From the IMG/VR virus record IMGVR_UViG_2740892236_000003: a stretch of 25,153 nt of DNA, one strand, 5' to 3'. This stretch comes from a virus (lineage: Duplodnaviria > Heunggongvirae > Uroviricota > Caudoviricetes). Below the pieces are notes generated by a model. The model did not search any database. It was not told where the DNA came from and was given only the letters and a program-made list of their open reading frames with translations. Below, piece by piece: positions 17,063-25,153 of this stretch. Both the position numbers and the translations under genes were made by a program. The stretch's first letter is position 1; every line of letters starts with the position of its first letter.

Positions 17063-18010
17063 TTACAGATAATCCGCGACAACCAGCTCCAGCTTGCCCT
17101 TCATCTCGTTAGAGACGGTGGTGTTACCGTCCGCGAACAGCTCGCGCTCCAGCAGCTGCACCGCCTGTTTTTCCAGCGAGGTGGGGACAACAATATGGGT
17201 GGGTTTGATGCCGAGTTTGCGGCCACCGTCAGCCTTAAAGTCACGCATGGCTGACCAGCCGTGCCACAGCGCATCCAGCGTCAGCGGTGACTGCATCATG
17301 TAGGCCATCTGCCAGAAGCCGTAGCCCACATTGCGACGGGCGGAAGCACCGAACACAAACTCGTTATCAGTAAACGCACGGCCTTCATCGACTTTTGTCT
17401 GGGCAACCAGTTCGGCCTTGCGGCGATCCTGATAAATCAGCGGTTTTACCGCGCGGGAGCAGTCAAGCAGATACCAGGCCGGGCCGCTGTAATCCGCCTG
17501 TGCACCGACAGAGCCGGTTTTTGCCACAAACATATTGCTGACCATCTGTGCATCACCGGAGCCATCCACTTTGGGGTAAACAGGGTGTTCGGTATCAAAG
17601 AAGTTCTGGCCGTCATAGCAGGCCGCATTCAGACCATCACGCAGTGCAGCAAAGACCAGTTCATCCGGTTGTGCCGCCGCAGCGCGCCCCATCTCCTGGA
17701 ACAACGGGGAGTAGATGCCAAGATTGTCGTCTTCAAAGTCATCGCGGCTAATGGCAACGGTGCCTTCAAAGGTTTTGTTCACGATGGCGTAGCCATAGGC
17801 TTTCATCTTCTCGATGACGCGGGAGCCGATCCACTCACGGAACTGCGGGAACTGCCCCAGCCAGCCGTAGGTGTTGGATTTCGACGTGGACGGTACGGTC
17901 ATCGCAATTTTCTGGTACTGAGACGGAGCCATGGACATCCCGGCCTGAAAATCAGAACGGTAGCCCGTCATCAGGGCGGTGATCATCGCCGGTGTGATCG
18001 GGGTAGGCAT
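17063..18010 (-). CDS. Major capsid protein (Mu T-like)
   Basis: 315 aa. Follows the I protease/scaffold gene, as in Mu. Confidence 0.8.
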   Translation of the reverse strand: MPTPITPAMITALMTGYRSDFQAGMSMAPSQYQKIAMTVPSTSKSNTYGWLGQFPQFREWIGSRVIEKMKAYGYAIVNKTFEGTVAISRDDFEDDNLGIYSPLFQEMGRAAAAQPDELVFAALRDGLNAACYDGQNFFDTEHPVYPKVDGSGDAQMVSNMFVAKTGSVGAQADYSGPAWYLLDCSRAVKPLIYQDRRKAELVAQTKVDEGRAFTDNEFVFGASARRNVGYGFWQMAYMMQSPLTLDALWHGWSAMRDFKADGGRKLGIKPTHIVVPTSLEKQAVQLLERELFADGNTTVSNEMKGKLELVVADYL

Positions 18011-19134
18011 TATTGCATTTCCTCTTTCATTTTCAGGAACTCGGCTTCGGTTTTACCCAGCAGATGGGCGGCGGCGATATCTTCAGCCGACAGCGCAGCG
18101 GTGGCGGTCTTTTTATCCGGCACGGTTACGGTGTCGGTCTGAAGAGTGGTCAGAGCCGCAACCGGCTGGCGGGCGTCAAGCTGTGCAGAAAGTGCCGCAA
18201 CACCAATCTGTTGTCCGAGTCCTTCCATGTATCCGCGTTCGCTTTTGAAAATGCGTCCTTCGGACTCGGCCTTATCCAGCAACTGCTCCAGCGTGGTGCT
18301 GCCGTGTTGTGCCGACAACGCGACATATTCGGTACGCAGGGCGTTATACGTCTCAACGGGCACGTATTTCGTCAGATCAATAGTGCCGCCAGTTGGTGTG
18401 CCTTTTGCGGTTTCCAGCTCTGCCGACAGGCTGGCAACCTGCGTTTTCAGGGTGTCGTGCGCATCCGCACGGGTTTTGATCCCGGTAAGGGCAGACAGCG
18501 CCGCCGTGCCCAGTTCCGGTGTAAATTCGTCACCGTCGGCCACGGTCAGACCGAGCGCCGTCAGCAACTGGCGTAATTGCTCATTCATGGAGGTGTCCTT
18601 TAAAGGAGGGTTTAAGGCGTTATAAAGGTCATCCGCCGACAGTGCGGCGACAGGATTCATGCCAGTCAGACCGGGGTCACCGGTAATAGCCAGCATCCGA
18701 AGCTCAACAGGTTCACCGGTGATTTCGTCATAACCAATCACCGGGGAAAACCAGGGAAATTCGTTATTGCGCAGGTGTTCAATGGCCGGAGGGTTCCAGT
18801 CCGGACGCACTTCAAAACCCCGCTCTTCACTGAAGCGGAAGTTTTCCGGTGAGGCCATGACAAAACCGGCAGCCGGTGCCGGATGCCCCTTAATCAGGGT
18901 CTGGTGGTTGTAGTCAATTTTTACCGGCTGATTGAGCGCCACAACCCGGGATACCATGCGCTCAACGGCCGCATGGTTAATCAGCCAGCCTTCCGCCGGT
19001 TTTTCCGGGCGACCGTCACGGGCCTTTACCCGACCGGCTGGCATGATCTGACACCAGTCACCGTCCCCGTCTGCGGATAGGCTGATGGCATTCAGAATGG
19101 CATAAGCAAGTTTGGGCGTGTTTTTCGTCTTCAT
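18010..19134 (-). CDS. Head maturation protease/scaffold (Mu I-like)
   Basis: 374 aa. An N-terminal protease-like region is followed by an Ala/Leu/Thr-rich coiled C-terminal half, as in Mu gpI. Confidence 0.8.
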   Translation of the reverse strand: MKTKNTPKLAYAILNAISLSADGDGDWCQIMPAGRVKARDGRPEKPAEGWLINHAAVERMVSRVVALNQPVKIDYNHQTLIKGHPAPAAGFVMASPENFRFSEERGFEVRPDWNPPAIEHLRNNEFPWFSPVIGYDEITGEPVELRMLAITGDPGLTGMNPVAALSADDLYNALNPPLKDTSMNEQLRQLLTALGLTVADGDEFTPELGTAALSALTGIKTRADAHDTLKTQVASLSAELETAKGTPTGGTIDLTKYVPVETYNALRTEYVALSAQHGSTTLEQLLDKAESEGRIFKSERGYMEGLGQQIGVAALSAQLDARQPVAALTTLQTDTVTVPDKKTATAALSAEDIAAAHLLGKTEAEFLKMKEEMQ

Positions 19135-19311
19135 TCCGGCAGCATAAGCCGGTGTTTTTCGGGGCCGGTTTTGCGGGACTTCAGAAAGTGCTGACAGGGG
19201 AAAAATGAGAAAGGCGCTTCACGCAGATTTTAAAGCCCGTTAAATACAGGTTAGAAAATCACGACACGCGCCTGAAGAGGGTAAGGTAATGCGTTTGTAT
19301 ACCTTAAACCA

Positions 19312-19785
19312 TTACGGCGTTTCTGTGGCCTTTTTAAAGCGTTTTCTGATTTCGTCCATGATCTCCTGTTCTGCCACCTGATCAAAGCCCATATACGGAC
19401 GTGCGCCAATGGCCGCCGGTCCCGGTGGCATACCAGGCAGGCCACCCCACTGATGAATGGCCGCATAAGGTTCATTTGATCCAATCAGCGCCCAGGTATC
19501 GCCATAATCCGTGGTCAGGCGGCGGGCCAGATCGCCGTTCAGTGTCAGGATTTTGCCGGGCGTGTATCCCTTACGGGTACGCCACTTGCGGTAAGGATCT
19601 GACCAGTCATGCCAGCGTTCGCCGTCCGGCTCTTTTTCCTGTTCAAACGCCATTTCTGACGATGACAGAAGACTCTCCGCCACACTGCGGGCCAGGTCTT
19701 TTCCGCCGCCCACAAACTGAAGCCGGGCAAACACCCGCTGGAGACGCGTAACGTCAACAACGACAGCGGCATCAATGGATGACAT
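19312..19785 (-). CDS. Virion morphogenesis protein (Mu G-like)
   Basis: 157 aa. GGAGG RBS. Position between the F-like and I-like genes. Confidence 0.75.
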   Translation of the reverse strand: MSSIDAAVVVDVTRLQRVFARLQFVGGGKDLARSVAESLLSSSEMAFEQEKEPDGERWHDWSDPYRKWRTRKGYTPGKILTLNGDLARRLTTDYGDTWALIGSNEPYAAIHQWGGLPGMPPGPAAIGARPYMGFDQVAEQEIMDEIRKRFKKATETP

Positions 19786-19825
19786 ATTGCCTCCGCATAA
19801 AGGATGAATATAAAATAAACAGGCG

Positions 19826-19905
19826 GTCAGTGTACGCTTAACTGGTAAAGTCGGTGCCTGCCTCCGGGTGGATCATGTATGCGGGTTCGACCCCCGCCAC
19901 TGACC
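19826..19905 (+). ncRNA. tRNA-like element lacking a canonical anticodon arm (possible tRNA remnant)
   Basis: 7-bp acceptor pairing (GTCAGTG 19826-19832 with CACTGAC 19898-19904). U at position 8. D-arm-like GCTT-AACTGGTA-AAGT with a consensus-like D-loop. T-arm GCGGG-TTCGACC-CCCGC. No 5+7+5 anticodon arm could be folded, and there is no encoded CCA. Confidence 0.3.
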
Positions 19906-19906
19906 G

Positions 19907-21238
19907 TTAATCAATTTGTCCTTCCAGCACCTCAAGCATTCCGCCCCGGATATCCGATTTCAGCTTATCCATATTGATAACCCGGTAAGCATTCACAATC
20001 ACATCCAGTTTGTCGGGCTGACGTTTCAGACTGTACGGTGCATTAACGGCAATCTGCACACTGCCATCCTTATTTTCCACGATATACATCAGATTTTTGT
20101 GCCGTTTGTCCCACAGCACCGCTTTTGGCTTTGCCAGCATTGCCGGTAAGCGCCCGAAGTCCTCTGGCATCAGGGCGATGCCGTCATTCTGATGTTTCAC
20201 ACTGTCTGCATGGAGCACATTTTTACCGCTCATCGCCAGCAGGCGGGCCGGTGGCGTTCCCGTCCGGCTTTCCACTGCCTGCGCAATGCTTTCAGTCATA
20301 AAGCCCAGCGTGCGGATATCGTTACCACCTCGCCGGGTCTGCATGATGTTTTTTGCCCAGATGCGGAACGCCAGCTGCCGCTCCGGGCTGTTGTTCATCT
20401 CCTGAACCACCATTTCCCGTAACGCCGGGCTTTTCACCTCGATCAGTTTGCGGATCAGCGCCTGGTCTGTGCCGAACGCTGCCGAGCCGGGGTTATATGA
20501 CCAGCCCACATCCGGTGTCATGGTTCTGGTGCCATCTGAATATGTGGTCACCGGCATTTCTCTGACTTCTCCGGTCTGTTTATCCACGCCAGCCTCAACA
20601 TTGCGGGTGGAGAGATGATCCTCACCGGATGAAACGGATAACCCCATTGCATCCAGACGAGCCTGAGACAATGGCCGCACACGGCAGCGGCAGTTCCAGC
20701 CATTAGGTGGGTAGTGTGTTTTCCAGAACGGATCGTCATAGCGGAATACCAGACCGTTAAGGGCGGAATGCGACGGGCGGGTACGGCTGTCCATGACCGC
20801 CACATACTGCCAGAACGGATGCGTGTCCGTGTTGTTCATCATCTGCGTGTAACGCCCGGCATTGTAAGCCACACGGGTGTTCACGTTGTAAATCAGCGCC
20901 AGACGACGGGGACTGCCCAGTTGCACTTCTTCCGCGTTACCGTCGCTGTCCACCACAATCTGCTTTCCCCACCATCCCAGCTTTTGCAGGCGTGGCGTCA
21001 GCGTGCGGATAAATGCTTTCTGTGAAATTCCCTCATCAATGGCCCGCTGCACTTCGGCCTGTAACGTGGTCACCACATCCAGGCGTGCCGCTTTTGCTGC
21101 CGTGAATGAGCGGGCATGAACATCCGCGGCTGTTTCGAACCAGTTCCAGCTGATATGCGCCCCTTTGACACGGAAGTATGCTACCGCCTCTTTTGAGGGA
21201 AGCGTGGCGGCATAACCTAAATCAATCCCCTGTGTCAT
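19907..21238 (-). CDS. Head morphogenesis protein (Mu F / gp30-like)
   Basis: 443 aa. Follows the portal gene with a 17-nt overlap. Contains an RPSH-type motif (DSRTRPSHSALNG) of the Mu F family as recalled. Confidence 0.85.
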   Translation of the reverse strand: MTQGIDLGYAATLPSKEAVAYFRVKGAHISWNWFETAADVHARSFTAAKAARLDVVTTLQAEVQRAIDEGISQKAFIRTLTPRLQKLGWWGKQIVVDSDGNAEEVQLGSPRRLALIYNVNTRVAYNAGRYTQMMNNTDTHPFWQYVAVMDSRTRPSHSALNGLVFRYDDPFWKTHYPPNGWNCRCRVRPLSQARLDAMGLSVSSGEDHLSTRNVEAGVDKQTGEVREMPVTTYSDGTRTMTPDVGWSYNPGSAAFGTDQALIRKLIEVKSPALREMVVQEMNNSPERQLAFRIWAKNIMQTRRGGNDIRTLGFMTESIAQAVESRTGTPPARLLAMSGKNVLHADSVKHQNDGIALMPEDFGRLPAMLAKPKAVLWDKRHKNLMYIVENKDGSVQIAVNAPYSLKRQPDKLDVIVNAYRVINMDKLKSDIRGGMLEVLEGQID

Positions 21239-22811
21239 CCAGCATCCCCTTCATTTCCGCAGCAAACATGGCATCACTGAGCAGCGTCATCAGGCGGGAA
21301 TCATCCATTTCACGATAAAGGGCAGGCAGGTCTGCCAGCGCATCCGCCAGCCCCCGCGTTCTGATGGCATCAATGACCGGCTCCAGTACCGGGTCGATGG
21401 CCTCCTGTAAGCGGCGGGCAGGCACCGCGTCCCCCATATCATCCAGTTCATCACGCGGCGTGCTTTTCGCTTCCGGCAGTCTGGCTGACAGCGCCGTCTG
21501 CTCTGTTTTTTCCTGTTTTTCCGGTGGTGTTTCCCTGTCGGTCTGAGCCGGTTCATTGCCACTCTGACGGACACGGAATATGGCTTCACCGGGCGTGGGC
21601 TGCGGAATACCGGTCTGCTCACGTATCCAGGGATCAGAAATATCCATCCCCGTACTGAGCTGCATCACCGCACTGGTGATTTTGGTGATATCACCTGGTT
21701 CTTTTGTCTGGAAGCAGATACGTGGCAGACGGCGGATATCAATAGTGTGCGTGGTGTTCAGGGCGTACAGCGGATACACCAGATCGCGGTTCAGGGTTGC
21801 AGCCAGCTGCCGTAAATCAGAATCCCTGATTTCCCGGCGCACCTCGTTATGCACCTCACCCAGCGAGCGCGCGCCTTTGTCTCCGGCTTCCGTGGTCAGC
21901 GTGCCGCCGAGTATTGCTTTGGAGATGGAACGCTCCCCCCACGAAATCATGGTTTCAAATGGATCGGCCTGACCGTTTGCTGCCGCCTGAAATTCCAGCG
22001 ACATCCCGGCCGGGATGATCCCGCCTGTACGTCGCCCGATATCCATCACCGCCCGCATCAGGGCACTTTTCTGCTCCGGTGTTGCCCCGGACGGGTATTT
22101 CCCGACCTTCATCGGCAGGCCGTACACCTCCAGAAATTCCGCCAGATCGCGCACGGAATAGTTTTTGAAAATGAACGGCCAGATAAGCGTCCGGACAAGC
22201 CCGGTTGCACCACCGTAACCGGTGCGTGAACGCGACTGATGCACTATCCAGCCAAAGGGCTGAAACGCCACCCCGGAATGGCTGCCGTCACGCAGCCGCA
22301 GTTCGCTCAAATCATCCGGGTTAAGGCAGAAATGCCCGCTGTCACGCCAGCGGATGGCGCGGATGATGTGCATTTTACCGAGCATCCCGTGCTCAATTTC
22401 CATGCAGGAATAGCCCTTCAGGATGGCATCCGTGGCGTCAAACAGCATGGCATCAAACCAGTCTGCGGAATGCAGATATTCGTCGAGCATTTCCGCGTCC
22501 TTTTTCTCATTCGCGCTGGCGTTCGGTGGCGGCTCAATACTCCATGGCACCCCCTGAATGGCAAGACGTCGCTTGCCCAGCTCCGCAAAAAGGTGGGTGT
22601 CCTTTTCTTCAATATCAGCGGCCAGATCGGACTGGGCAATCAGATCGCCACGTTCAGCCCCGCGAAGGCACTGCGCCGCCCGGTTCGGGGTGATACCCGA
22701 AGCCGGATGTTCAATATAACGGCTGGCAATCTGCGGAATATCCAGCGCGGCACTCTGCATCTCCGGGTCAAAGGAGAAAGGTTTTCCGTCAGTATCAATG
22801 ATGCGTCCCAC
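21222..22811 (-). CDS. Portal protein (Mu gp29-like)
   Basis: 529 aa, directly downstream of the large terminase with a 1-nt overlap. Confidence 0.85.
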   Translation of the reverse strand: MGRIIDTDGKPFSFDPEMQSAALDIPQIASRYIEHPASGITPNRAAQCLRGAERGDLIAQSDLAADIEEKDTHLFAELGKRRLAIQGVPWSIEPPPNASANEKKDAEMLDEYLHSADWFDAMLFDATDAILKGYSCMEIEHGMLGKMHIIRAIRWRDSGHFCLNPDDLSELRLRDGSHSGVAFQPFGWIVHQSRSRTGYGGATGLVRTLIWPFIFKNYSVRDLAEFLEVYGLPMKVGKYPSGATPEQKSALMRAVMDIGRRTGGIIPAGMSLEFQAAANGQADPFETMISWGERSISKAILGGTLTTEAGDKGARSLGEVHNEVRREIRDSDLRQLAATLNRDLVYPLYALNTTHTIDIRRLPRICFQTKEPGDITKITSAVMQLSTGMDISDPWIREQTGIPQPTPGEAIFRVRQSGNEPAQTDRETPPEKQEKTEQTALSARLPEAKSTPRDELDDMGDAVPARRLQEAIDPVLEPVIDAIRTRGLADALADLPALYREMDDSRLMTLLSDAMFAAEMKGMLDDTGD

Positions 22812-24639
22812 TACCAGCCCCCCCGATCAAATTCATGATATGCCTCATCGTCATCACGATAACCGCCCTCCATTGCCCGCGACCGCTCCGGTAGCGCCTG
22901 ACAGGCTGATTCATCCAGGATGAAGCCCTCCATGTATGACGCCCGGTTTGCCATACAGAGCGCCACGGCAAAATCACCATGGCGGCGGGCGTTCGCAGCC
23001 GTTGCGTTCTGGTCCTTCGTGCGCCCCTTGTCGATTTGCGGGATACCATTCACTACCTTCACATGGCGCAAATCATCAAGCGTGGTCTGATGGCGGGCGA
23101 CGAGGATATTCTGATCTTCAAACTCGGCTTTCAGTTTTGGCATCCACTCGCCGTACCACTTCGGCGACAACATCACGCAGTCGATGATGTCCGGGCCAAA
23201 GGCCAGCAGTGCGGCCTCTGCCAGATAGCCGCCGTTACCGGTGGCGTCGAACGCCGCACCGACCAGCGCCGGAACGCGGGTCAGGATGTACATCATCACC
23301 TGTTCCTGCTGGGCATACGGCAGGTTGCGCAGCTCCACGCGAAACACCTCGCGCTTTGCCAGGGATTCGGTGATTTCCAGCAGCACAAAGCAGGACAGGT
23401 CACCGGTGCGGGCAAAGTCTTCCCCGAAGCTGAAGCGGGAACGGGGATTTAATTTCTCTAAAAGCGGTTTTAAATGTTCTTCACACCAGGTTAAAACTTC
23501 CGATTCACGCAGCCATGCGGCACGGCTGATGAAGTTGTCCGGGGCTTCAAACGTCAGAATCGGGATGTCGCGGATCATCGCCATTTCAATAAGCGCGTGG
23601 GGGATATAGGCACCGCCGGATTTTTTCGGGATACAGCCGTATTCCTCGTCGGCATCCTCACGGGTCGGGGCATTTTTGTAGAGATCATCACGCCATTTCT
23701 GCTCGCTTTCCGGTGACCATTCCTGATCGGTGACGTAACAGATACGACGGTACAGCCCGTCCGCAATGGCATCATCCAGGGTTATGCGGTGGACGCTGTA
23801 ATCCTTGCGCCCCTCGCGGGCTTCCTGAATGTACTGATTAAACAGATTATCGACGCCGTTATGCGTGGAGATAATACGCACGCGCGCGCCCCACATAGTG
23901 AGCGCCATTGCCGCCTTGAGAAGTTCATCCAGCGACTCGTGGAACGCGGCTTCATCAATCACCACATCCCCCTGAAGGCCGCGCAGGTTTGACGGACGGG
24001 AAGACAATGCCTGAATTTTGAATCCACTGTTCGGAAAGCGGATCATGTAGGTCAAAATTTCTTCTTTTTTATCCCGATCCCAGAATGTCTGCTCATACAC
24101 ATCAGCATCTGCCAGCTGGTTAAAGGCACGGGAGAACAGCGCGCAGGCAGAAATATATTCCAGCGCCATCTCCTGCTTTGATCCCACATAAAACACATTG
24201 CGGCCACCACGACGCTTCGGTTTTGCAGCAGTAATGACGTTACGCCCGGCTTCCGCCCAGGTAAGACCGGTGCGGCGGGATTTTTCCGCAATGCAGACCT
24301 GACTTTCATCCTCAAACCAGCGGGCCTGATAATCCAGAAACACCGGCATATCACCGGGCAAATCAAGTCTGTCCGGCACATCCACGCCCAGCAGGGCTTT
24401 TTCACCGGACAGATCAATTTTGCGGGGAGGCGTCNNNNNNNNNNCTCCGCGATGCAGACCTGACTTTCATCTGCAAACCAGCGGGCCTGATAATCCAGAA
24501 ACACCGGCATATCACCGGGCAAATCAAGGCTGTCCGGCACATCCACGCCCAGCAGGGCTTTTTCACCGGACAGATCAATTTTGCGGGGAGGCGTCATTTG
24601 CATCAGTGAAGGCGACGTTTCTCTGGCTTTGTTCATCAT
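22811..24639 (-). CDS. Terminase large subunit (Mu gp28-like), interrupted by assembly gap and duplicated overlap
   Basis: The ORF-track pieces 22811-24385 and 24052-24639 are one gene. The N-terminal segment ...DVPD(S/R)LDLPGDMPVFLDYQARWF(A/E)DESQVCIAE is encoded twice, either side of the N-run, and the apparent start at 24385 is an internal GTG. The true start is the ATG at 24639 (MMNKARETSPSLMQ...), overlapping the stop of the upstream gene. Estimated ~555-560 aa once the duplicate is collapsed. Confidence 0.85.
24285..24594. repeat. Two 150-bp near-identical direct copies flanking a 10-N gap (unmerged contig overlap)
   Basis: 24285-24434 and 24445-24594 differ at about 4 positions. The N-run at 24435-24444 lies between them. 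Confidence 0.9.
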
Positions 24640-24884
24640 GCTTTACCTGTCAGAATGCTTTTGATTCGGGACTCAAGCTCTTCAGTCATCACGTCCACGC
24701 CGCTCAACTCATCAGTGGCAGCCTCTGCCAGCAGCGAATGCAGTTGTTCCAGGGATATTTCCCCGGCAATGCTGAGTTCAGTCAACTCACGACATACCTT
24801 TATGGTTTCAGGAGGTAACTGTGTTGCAAGACTGAATGCTTTCTGATGGGCACTGCTCATCAGTGAGCGGTTATCTGTTGCCAT
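24636..24884 (-). CDS. Small hypothetical protein, paralogue B
   Basis: 82 aa. AGGAGGTGA lies 5 nt upstream of the ATG and overlaps the stop of the upstream paralogue. Its own stop overlaps the terminase start. The C-terminus ...ATDELSGVDVMTEELESRIKSILTGKA is shared with paralogue A. Confidence 0.6.
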   Translation of the reverse strand: MATDNRSLMSSAHQKAFSLATQLPPETIKVCRELTELSIAGEISLEQLHSLLAEAATDELSGVDVMTEELESRIKSILTGKA

Positions 24885-24894
24885 GATTCACCTC

Positions 24895-25152
24895 CTACGC
24901 CTTACCCAGCAGCATCTGCCTGATACGGAATTCGATCTGCTCGCTCATGCCATCCACGCCGCGCAACTCATCGGTGACCGCATTCGCCATCTCTTCAGCA
25001 AATGCGGCCCGGATTTCTTTTTCACGCTTAATGCTGCGCTCGGCGGCACTTTCTGCACGCTGTGCCGACAGGAGGATGTCCTTAATAAGGCGCATATCCA
25101 CATCGCTGTCGCTGTTCAGGGATTCGGTGGCGGCACGCAGACGGCGGTACAT
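24895..25152 (-). CDS. Small hypothetical protein, paralogue A (may extend beyond the window)
   Basis: At least 85 aa. C-terminus ...VTDELRGVDGMSEQIEFRIRQMLLGKA. The first Met is 1 nt from the window edge, so the 5' end cannot be assessed. Confidence 0.5.
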   Translation of the reverse strand: MYRRLRAATESLNSDSDVDMRLIKDILLSAQRAESAAERSIKREKEIRAAFAEEMANAVTDELRGVDGMSEQIEFRIRQMLLGKA

Positions 25153-25153
25153 C

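Noticed and set aside
6593-18625. Numerous plus-strand and out-of-frame ORFs across the late operon (for example 6593-7225, 9748-10308, 10897-11525, 17585-18142, 18013-18625)
   Set aside because: They are antisense or frame-shifted shadows of long minus-strand genes in GC-rich DNA, with Arg/Pro/Ser/Cys-rich translations and no operon logic.
19251-19484. 77-aa ORF overlapping the G gene in another frame
   Set aside because: Lies wholly inside the G coding region; basic, low-complexity translation.
22811-24639. Two separate terminase-region genes (22811-24385 and 24052-24639)
   Set aside because: They are one gene split by the N gap and the duplicated 150-bp overlap.
1-25153. CRISPR arrays, rRNA genes, intact tRNA genes, transposase or integrase
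   Set aside because: No regularly spaced short repeats, no rRNA-like sequence, and no recombinase other than the serine invertase. Integration or transposition genes, if any, lie outside this window.

Overview
The window is a Mu-like phage or prophage structural region, apparently a draft scaffold with two 10-N gaps (5265-5274 and 24435-24444). All calls rest on reading the supplied ORF translations and the sequence by eye; no searches were run. From 25153 down to 5275 the minus strand carries a tightly overlapped late operon in near-perfect Mu order: two small paralogous genes, large terminase, portal, F-like head morphogenesis protein, G, I protease/scaffold, T major capsid, gp35-38-like proteins, sheath, tube, chaperone, tape measure, N, P, Q, gp46, baseplate J, gp48, and the N-terminal 150 codons of a tail fibre cut by the gap. 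The left block (1-5264) is on the plus strand and holds a Gin/Pin/Cin-type invertible tail-fibre switch: two start-less fibre tip cassettes, one tail-fibre assembly gene, ~116-136 bp inverted repeats ending in 26-bp gix-like sites, and a serine DNA invertase. Downstream of the invertase, in the position Mu uses for mom, sits a 684-aa protein with GQSN and QGEAD esterase motifs (SASA/SGNH-type carbohydrate O-acetylesterase) and a likely C-terminal binding domain, followed by two small genes. The fibre gene is discontinuous: its N-terminus and its tip cassettes lie on opposite strands either side of the gap, and inverting 1-5264 in place would restore canonical Mu order. No rRNA, CRISPR array or intact tRNA was seen.
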